In this document: piece by piece, positions 1 to 6,828 of the stretch | How the letters are laid out: each line of letters starts with the position of its first letter | Position numbering within the stretch: position 1 is the stretch's first letter | Assembly (NCBI GenBank): GCA_048013815.1 | Contig: CM106586.1 | Coordinates: forward strand, 1,860,001 to 1,924,000 | Source of the DNA: Setoptus koraiensis | Taxonomy: Eukaryota; Animalia; Arthropoda | Length of the DNA stretch: 64,000 bases | Direction: 5' to 3' | Position numbers and translations under genes: made by a program | The notes under the pieces: model-generated | What the model was told of the DNA's origin: nothing | The model's database searches: none | Seen by the model: the letters and a program-made list of their open reading frames with translations, nothing else

Positions 1-1
1 G

Positions 2-1933
2 ATGGAAAGTGATTGTTACCAGTTGCATTACGAATTGCAATTCGAGTTGAAGAGTCCCGATTGGCCCCAGTCTTATCCGGCTAATAAGTCGTGTTATTAT
101 CTAATTCAGCGCTTCGATTCAGATATCTGCTCATTGAAATTGAACATAATCTCTATGATAATCGGCTCGCATTCTCCAGCATCTTCGTCAAGCACGAGCA
201 CATTCACCAGCGATTGCGACGAGAACAAAGACCATTTGAGTTTGGGCGATAAGCGCTTCTGTGGCCTCATCACTAGACCTCACGAGGAAATACTCACCTT
301 TAATCAATCGTTCATCATTGTCAACTTTCAATCTATTCGAGGCTCAGGTTTTGGTTTCTACATTGAAGCCAAACAAATGAGGTGCTCAAGGACTCCGGAG
401 AGTCCCCAGCCGATGTTGGCTCCAGTTAGTGCAGCACGAGGGAACCAACCGGAAATAATAAACCCTGGAGCACAAGTGAGAGACAGTGGTAGTAATCAAC
501 AGCACTCAGGGTTAGTTGTGGAAACACGCGGAAATTGCAATCAACTCATCGCTGGTCTTCAAACGATAGTGACTAGTCCAAATTATCCGCAATTCTACAG
601 TGACAATTTGGATTGTTTATATGCTGTTAGGCGTGCCAACAGTTCTGTTTGTGCTATTGATTTGCAATTCAACAGTTTCAATTTGGAGCCAGCTCAACAA
701 CAACTGACGTCACAAGAGGCCATACTTACTGGGGCTGATCACCACTCTTGTCTGAATGATTATCTCGAGATAGACAACAGTCGATTGTGTGGCTCACTAC
801 CTCAACAGCATATAATCAGATACAACTATTATGAGCACGAGTTGGACAAAGTGCTCAGATTTAAGACTAATGGTGCCATTACAAACACCGGCTTTTCCGT
901 GCAAATAAATCAAATTGTTGATTGTAAATCTAATCCAATTGGATTCCAATCTAGCACTATGCCAACCGCTAACCACTCGCCAATGACCTCGCTTCCGTAC
1001 AATGATGAGACTAGAGACGGCAGCACTGGTGGACAGAGGGGCCATATTCAGCGCAGAATGGACCCCAGTGCTTTTATCTGCAAGTCTATATTGCAAAAAT
1101 CAAACGATTGGATACAATCGCCGGGTTACAATAATTTTAGGCGAATCTATAGCGACAATTTAGACTGCCTATACAAAATTGTTGCCACCGGTTACGATGT
1201 GTGCCAAGTGAAATTCATTTTTCATTCACTGGACATAGAGGATAGTGTTGGGTGTAGTAAGGACTTTCTCATGATTGACAATAGACGATACTGCGGCCAA
1301 TTAGCCACTGATGAAACATCGGTCACTCCTGGTGAATCTATGAATATGATGCGTCAAGGAAATAATAGTCACAGAGCAAAAAAACAAACAACAGTTACAG
1401 TTGCCGTGCCGGATAGTTTGCCGCGTGAACTTGATATTATATTTCACACCGACACATCGATCACGAGCAAAGGATTTAGTATAGAGTATCAACAAGAGTC
1501 TTGTACTATTAACTATCGACATTCAGCGGACAACCAGAATGAATTGACAAACAACACTAACATCGGCGTACACCTGTCGTCTCACCAGCATCGCGATCAT
1601 CAGGATTTCGACGAGCGAAGGGTGATAGCTTTGAATGATGAGACGGCCGACAAGCGACAATTGTCTTATCCCAGTGACCACGTAGCGAGTGAGACAAACA
1701 AGTTGCAAACAAAAGGATTGCCCTTGATTGTAACTGGTGCGGGACATCAATTAGCGACAGAGCAAGATTTCCATTTAAGCGATGCCCAGTCTGACACTTA
1801 TTTGGGCACCGATCAGCCTATGAGCAGTGTAAAACTAGAATCAAACAAACAACATCAATATTCCACCCTCTCTCGACTGGTTCGAGTGCAAAATTCAAAA
1901 AATGAAGCTCGACTTGATTATAGTGTCAGCTAA
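2..1933 (+). CDS. CUB-domain protein (three CUB domains, low-complexity C-tail); probably 5'-incomplete at the window edge
   Basis: Three repeats of the CUB pattern C..SP.(W/Y)P..Y..N..C.Y....C....D.L.ID..R.CG......F.(T/S)......GF (SPDWPQSYPANKSCYY, SPNYPQFYSDNLDCLY, SPGYNNFRRIYSDNLDCLY). One uninterrupted 643-aa frame; no TM segment seen. Confidence 0.9.
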   Translation: MESDCYQLHYELQFELKSPDWPQSYPANKSCYYLIQRFDSDICSLKLNIISMIIGSHSPASSSSTSTFTSDCDENKDHLSLGDKRFCGLITRPHEEILTFNQSFIIVNFQSIRGSGFGFYIEAKQMRCSRTPESPQPMLAPVSAARGNQPEIINPGAQVRDSGSNQQHSGLVVETRGNCNQLIAGLQTIVTSPNYPQFYSDNLDCLYAVRRANSSVCAIDLQFNSFNLEPAQQQLTSQEAILTGADHHSCLNDYLEIDNSRLCGSLPQQHIIRYNYYEHELDKVLRFKTNGAITNTGFSVQINQIVDCKSNPIGFQSSTMPTANHSPMTSLPYNDETRDGSTGGQRGHIQRRMDPSAFICKSILQKSNDWIQSPGYNNFRRIYSDNLDCLYKIVATGYDVCQVKFIFHSLDIEDSVGCSKDFLMIDNRRYCGQLATDETSVTPGESMNMMRQGNNSHRAKKQTTVTVAVPDSLPRELDIIFHTDTSITSKGFSIEYQQESCTINYRHSADNQNELTNNTNIGVHLSSHQHRDHQDFDERRVIALNDETADKRQLSYPSDHVASETNKLQTKGLPLIVTGAGHQLATEQDFHLSDAQSDTYLGTDQPMSSVKLESNKQHQYSTLSRLVRVQNSKNEARLDYSVS

Positions 1934-2080
1934 TTAACACATCAACTAATTATTATTATATAGTGTAAAGTATTAGGGTCTATTATATCACACAAATCTA
2001 GCATGTCAATGCTGTGTTTTCTCATGAAAATAAATTTCGTTGGATAGAAAAGACTGCCTCACTGATTACAGATTGGTTAG

Positions 2081-2340
2081 GGTGTTCTATCGAATAGTTG
2101 TTACCAAGATGGGAAAAAGTTATGCTACACCTTTCGAACAACATTTATTCAGCAGAGAATCAGTTTTAGAACTTATAATTTTCGATATGGCCACCCTTGT
2201 TATAATATATGTGCCGGCAACGAGTCGGCCAAGCTTTCAAAGCATTATTTATGACAGTTTGAGGCATCAAATCGAACTCTTCTTTGATGACTTTTTTGAG
2301 ACCGTCCAAAGTCTTCGGTCTGAGAATCGATACTTTTTTC
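2081..2340 (-). mobile_element. Tc1/mariner (IS630-Tc1-mariner) transposon 3' remnant: transposase C-terminus plus one TIR
   Basis: Minus strand 2339->2166 reads KKVSILRPKTLDGLKKVIKEEFDLMPQTVIK*CFESL then, after a frameshift, RCRHIYYNKGGHIENYKF*. This is the typical Tc1-like C-terminal P.TL..LK..I.EE...GGHIE pattern. TIR-like ta|GGGTGTTCTATCGAATAGT starts at 2081. Confidence 0.75.
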
Positions 2341-3272
2341 GGGTGTTCTTGCGAACTGGGCTTAGCTCAGTTCGCGACGAAACTCATGGTGTGAGTGTCT
2401 CAGAGGTCCCTGACAAGAAATATTTTGGACCAGAAGTGTAGAAACTTCTGGTTCCGGTTTTAGCTTCATCTTTGAAATACAGCCTTGAAACTCGTTATGT
2501 TAGTACATCACACTACGACTACCCCGATGACATCATTTTCAAATCTCTACAACTTCCGGTTCTCGGAATATTCAGGAAAATTGCATGTATGGGCGAATCT
2601 AGGCTGGTCTGGGTCTGTTCAGAGCCAAAATCTTACACCCAGAGCATGGTGACACGCATTCACAGACGAAACCCGGCTCGATCCCGGGCCCCGCCCACTC
2701 GACTCCCAGTCCTCGGGAAGAATCTTTTTTAGTTTGGTGGCCGTCAGTCGTCCCGCCGGAGGCCGCAGGCCGAAGGCGTGGACGACTGGAGGCCGAACCC
2801 CTCCTCCGGCCCGGGCCCAAGCTGCATGGCAGACGGAAGGGCTATTGTCTATTAGACACGAGTGAGCATGGGTACCCCTTGTACCTCGTGCTACCCGCAA
2901 CGGTCATGCCGCACTCATGCGGTTGTGATTATTACCCTCGCGTAGCCTATTACATACTCGGATACCCGAAATACCCTGGTAAACCCTGGTATCGCACCTC
3001 TGGTTCATTTTAACACTTCCGGTATACGATTTCTGAGTTCAAAATACTCGACTGTACCTTGCTGTAACAAAATTATCTTCAAAAAAAGCAGTGGGAACCG
3101 CTAGCGGTCGTCGGGTATCTCAAAACGCCCACTGTGCGGTACCTCGGGTAACTCGGAAACCGTAAGTTTCTACATCTTATAAATACCTATTCAGGTATCA
3201 GGGTACTATACCCTACCCAAAAATACCCAAAATACCCAGATCGGATCTACGCCCAGTTCGCAAGTATAACCC
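2341..3272 (+). mobile_element. Non-autonomous TIR element (MITE-like), copy A
   Basis: Left end GGGTGTTCTTGCGAACTGGGCTTAG matches the reverse complement of the right end, GGGTTATACTTGCGAACTGGGCGTAG. Shares the GC core (~2665-2850) and the ATACCC-rich right arm with copies B and C. No TSD seen. Confidence 0.8.
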
Positions 3273-5087
3273 AATATTCCAGCTGCACGTAACCGCTGAC
3301 CATGTCCACTGGGGAGCAACCATATTTGCCATCTCTGCGCTTAGTACAAAGCTGTTTATAGCGACGAACTGCTTCAACAATAAGTTTTCCAAAAATGTTG
3401 GTCTTTTGACAGGCCGCAGCAAACACAACATTAGTAATATTATCCGTCTGCCCACGGTTGAGCTTAAATTCGGACACCACGTTCTGATATTTGCCAATCG
3501 GGGGTTCACCAGAAGAAACACTAGCTTCCGGGCAACCCTCGGAATAGCGTTCAGCAGCTTTCTCAAGAAAGGGACGGTACACATACTTCAAGTATGCCAA
3601 CTGAAAATTTGTCGGTATCCGTTCGGTATATCCAGTTTTAGTGTAAAGATTTTTGAGCACTGCTGGGATACCAAATTTTGGGTGTTCTTCAGAAAGACGA
3701 CACACTCCGATTTCGATGAAACTCAACAAATGGGCCCCGAAGGGGCCCCTGAGGACAAATTGAGTGGTCCGGAAGTGCGGAAATTTCTACTTCCGGAGAT
3801 ATAGAAAATGCATTTTCCGGGCCTCAGACCTAAAATTTCTGTATGATTGTCTAGATCCACATGCTATCTATGTGATAGCGTTAAGATAAATCTCCTACAT
3901 CAACTCGTTCGCGAGATATTCTACAATAAGTGCAAGTCACGCTTCCGGTTTTAAAACTGATGTTATTCGGCTGTACTACCAACTAGTTACGGTCTCTAAA
4001 GCAAGTTCACACCCTATATAGAAGAAACCCGGCCCGATCACGGGCCCCGCCCATTCGACTCCCAGTCCTCGGGAAGAATCTTTTTCAGTTAGGTGGCCGT
4101 CAGTCGTCCCGCCGGAGGCCGCAGGCCGTAGGCGTGGACGACTGGAGGCCGAACCCTTTCTCCGGCCCGGGCCAAAGATGCATGTCAGACGGTAGGGCTA
4201 TTGCCTTGAACCCTGGCCCTGAACCATTATTAGTAGGAGTCCTGGCCGAGGCTAGGACTTTAGGCTTCGCCTGGGGTGTTACTCTTTTCCGGTAGTACAG
4301 ATTATGACCTTAGTACCCCACCCGATGTCCGTGCGGGTGAGAACGGCCGACTATACCGTCAATATGCCCTCAAATACCCTAAAATACCCTAAAATACCCA
4401 GTATGCGGTACCTCGGGTATCTCGGGTACGGGAAATTTCCGCACTTCCGGAATACCCATTCCGGTATCAGGGCATCATATTCTACCCGATAATACCCAAA
4501 ATACCCAAATCGGGGTGTGTCGTCTTTCTAAAGAAGCCCCCAAATTTTTCCTTGAACTCATCACTGTAGTCGCTTCATTTCCGTTCAGGTCCTCCCAACA
4601 CTATGTATGCCACCTGTGGCCGTATATGAAAGTCCTCTGCGAGTGGCTCAGTACTGGTCGGCTCGCGGGGCAAATAATTACTACCAACGTCCATAATAAG
4701 ACCAGCACGGGCTATAATAAATTCTTCACTCCTATTATGGGCCTCCTTGTCTCCAACAACGGGACTCTTATTAGGATAGATTACAGTACTGAAAAGGTAA
4801 TTGCCACGATTATTCAAGTAAAAAAGATGAAGTGCAACATTACAGTCCGGCCCATAAGGTCCTGGCAAGTAAACCACAGCAATTGCAGTTTTCCGGTGCT
4901 TAACAATCTGCATGATAGCATCGCAGAAACCAGTACCATAATAATTGGTAATCGGCAACCCGATTGCGAAAAAGCTTTTGTTAAAATCCAATGCAAACTT
5001 GTTGAAATAGGCGGCCGTGAAATGGTTCCACTCAACAAGGGAGTTAATGTCCGCATTGTCTTGAGTATTGATGGTGTACAGCGACAT
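3273..5087 (-). pseudogene. Orphan ORF (~315 aa reconstructable) split by element B and cut by element A
   Basis: ORF 5087-4575 and ORF 3679-3273 fall into one frame when B plus one TSD copy (869 bp) is removed: ...GGPERK*SDYSDEFKEK|FGIPAVLKNLY... One TGA remains at 4575-4577. No family recognised. Confidence 0.55.
3680..4540 (+). mobile_element. Non-autonomous TIR element (MITE-like), copy B, with 8-bp target duplication CAAATTTT
   Basis: Left GGGTGTTCTTCAGAAAGACGACACACTCCGATTT versus right (rc) GGGGCTTCTTTAGAAAGACGACACACCCCGATTT. CAAATTTT lies at 3672-3679 and 4541-4548 (9-bp CCAAATTTT is also possible). Confidence 0.88.
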
Positions 5088-5162
5088 GATAACCTGTGTA
5101 ATATAGTAGAGAATATAAGAGAAATGATAAATATATTAATATAATAATGAGGTGGTAACAAC

Positions 5163-5331
5163 GACGAGGGGACCAATGACATGGGTTTGCAAAACGCTTG
5201 TAGAAGCTACACTGCTACTAACACATGAACCCTCTACATGGGTTGATATGTTCTCATTAATATGGGTTCACATATTTGAACTGACGAGGGAACTAACGAT
5301 ATGGGTCTGCAAAACGCTTGTAGAAGCTACA
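5163..5331. repeat. 49-bp imperfect direct repeat, 120-bp period, between the divergent orphan ORFs
   Basis: GACGAGGGGACCAATGACATGGGTTTGCAAAACGCTTGTAGAAGCTACA (5163) and GACGAGGGAACTAACGATATGGGTCTGCAAAACGCTTGTAGAAGCTACA (5283). Extra ATGGGT cores at 5238 and 5262. Confidence 0.85.
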
Positions 5332-5566
5332 GACACTGATATAACACAACAATTGATTCTTCAACCATTAAAATCCTCCGACCAATTGAAATTGTTAAAT
5401 CGTGTGTGTTCACTAACACAAGTAATAGCCAAGAATTTAAAACCCAAAGCGAAGCCCAATCAATCAACCATACCCTGAATCAAAGGTAAGTGAAGTTGTG
5501 ATAGGAATTTGAAGAACTTGTATTTATTATGTCATCTTTTCGACTACTCTGATACGACAGGCCAAG

Positions 5567-5877
5567 ATGTCCAACATGAAACTGAAGTCCCGGACAGTTT
5601 TCAGCTCGATGAAGGCCAGAGAAGAGGCCTGGATGGCTTGGCTTCTATCGCTCACCAAAACCGAACGCGACCAGGTGATGGACAGCCCTCTGGCGGTCAA
5701 AGAGATAGAACACAGGCACAAGTGGAGTATTAAAAAGGGAGTGGCAGCAACCGATTGGCATGACATTTACATCGAGCCACCGAAAGAACAACATCAGGCG
5801 ATTAATAGTAGAACAACATACAACAAGACCAGCGGAGAAGTAAATATAGCGCTATACGTCAAAATACAAAAAGGCGA
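5567..5877 (+). pseudogene. Orphan ORF, 3'-truncated by element C
   Basis: Open coding-like frame MSNMKLKSRTVFSS...ALYVKIQKG ending at the C terminus. Preceded by a candidate 75-nt GT-AG intron (5486-5560). No family recognised. Confidence 0.45.
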
Positions 5878-6823
5878 GGTTGTTCCATCGAACAGTGACC
5901 CACCCCGATTTGGGTATTTTGGGTATTTTTGGGTAGGGTATTGTACCCTGATACCCGAACGGGTATTCCGGAAGTGCGGAAATTCTTCGTTCCCGAGATA
6001 CCCGAGGTACCGCATTGTGGGTATTTCAAGGTATTTGAGGGTATATTGAGGGTATAATCGGCCGTACCCACCCGTACGAACACCCGGTAGGGTATTCGCT
6101 CATCCATACCGAGTGCAGATCATACCTAGAGGCCACAGGGAAAGAATAAAAGCGGTAAAACTAAAGAGGCGTGACCAATGAGCTTGGTACCTCCGGAAAA
6201 GAGAACCACGGTCGGGCGAAGCCTGACGTCCTAGCCTCGGCCAGTACTACTACTATTAAAGGTTCAGGGCAGGGTTCAAGGCAGTACAATAGCCCTTCCG
6301 TCTGCCTTGCATCTTGGGCCCCGGCCGGAGGAGGGGCTCGGCCTCCAGTCGTCCACGCCTACGGCCTGCGGCCTCCGGCGGGACGACTGACGGCCACCTA
6401 ACTAAAAAGTTTCTTCCCGATGACTGGGAGTCGAGTGGGCGGGGCCCGTGGGTGGGGCCCGTGTTCGGGCCGGGTTTCTTCTACATAGGGTGTGAACTTG
6501 CTTTAGAGACCGTAACTAGTTGGTAGTACAGCCGAATCACGTCAGTTTCCAAACCGGAAGTGCAACTTGCACTTTTAGTAGAATATCTCGCGAACGAATT
6601 GATGTAAAAGATTTATTTTAACGTTATCACATAGACCGCATCTGGATCTAGACAATCATACACTATTTTTAGGTCTGAGGCCCATCAGAGGCCCGAAAAA
6701 TGCATTTTTCCATATCTCCGGAAGTAGAAATTTCCGCACTTCCGGACCACTTTATTTGTTCTTTGGGGCCCCTGTGTTGAGTTTGAAGAAAATCGGAGTG
6801 GGTCACTGTTCGATGGAACACCC
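5878..6823 (-). mobile_element. Non-autonomous TIR element (MITE-like), copy C, inverted relative to A and B
   Basis: GGTTGTTCCATCGAACAGTGACCCACCCCGATTT at 5878 and its near-perfect inverse (AAATCGGAGTGGGTCACTGTTCGATGGAACACCC) ending at 6823. The body aligns by eye with the reverse complement of B along its length. No TSD. Confidence 0.88.
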
Positions 6824-6828
6824 TCGAG

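Noticed and set aside
2660-2730. HDV-like or hammerhead ribozyme in the element core (TCCTCG resembles HDV L3)
   Set aside because: No P3/P1/P1.1 pairing can be built around TCCTCG, and there is no CTGATGA...GAAA hammerhead core.
2472-2900. Short ORFs recurring in A, B and C (MGPGRRRGSASSRPRL..., ...VVHAFGLRPPAGRLTAT)
   Set aside because: They arise from the GC-rich repeat core, and starts and lengths are not conserved between copies.
3273-3560. Orphan ORF as a degenerate integrase or Tc1 catalytic domain (KYGCSPVDMVSG resembles TGFSPFELVYG or SPDLNP)
   Set aside because: No D-D-E/D spacing, no FQQD or TDNG motif; similarity is limited to a few residues.
3680-4540. Element B as a self-splicing or introner-type insertion in the minus ORF
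   Set aside because: No GT/GC donor at the element start on the coding strand.
4515-5144. 209-aa plus-strand ORF
   Set aside because: It starts inside the TIR of B and is the antisense shadow of the minus-strand ORF.
5163-5331. CRISPR-like repeat-spacer array
   Set aside because: Only two 49-bp repeats, eukaryotic context and no cas genes.
6425-6480. tRNA-derived SINE (A-box-like GAGTCGAGTGG, B-box-like GTTCGGGCC / GGATCGAGCC)
   Set aside because: Boxes are imperfect and too closely spaced, there is no cloverleaf and no poly-A/T tail, and the unit has TIRs.
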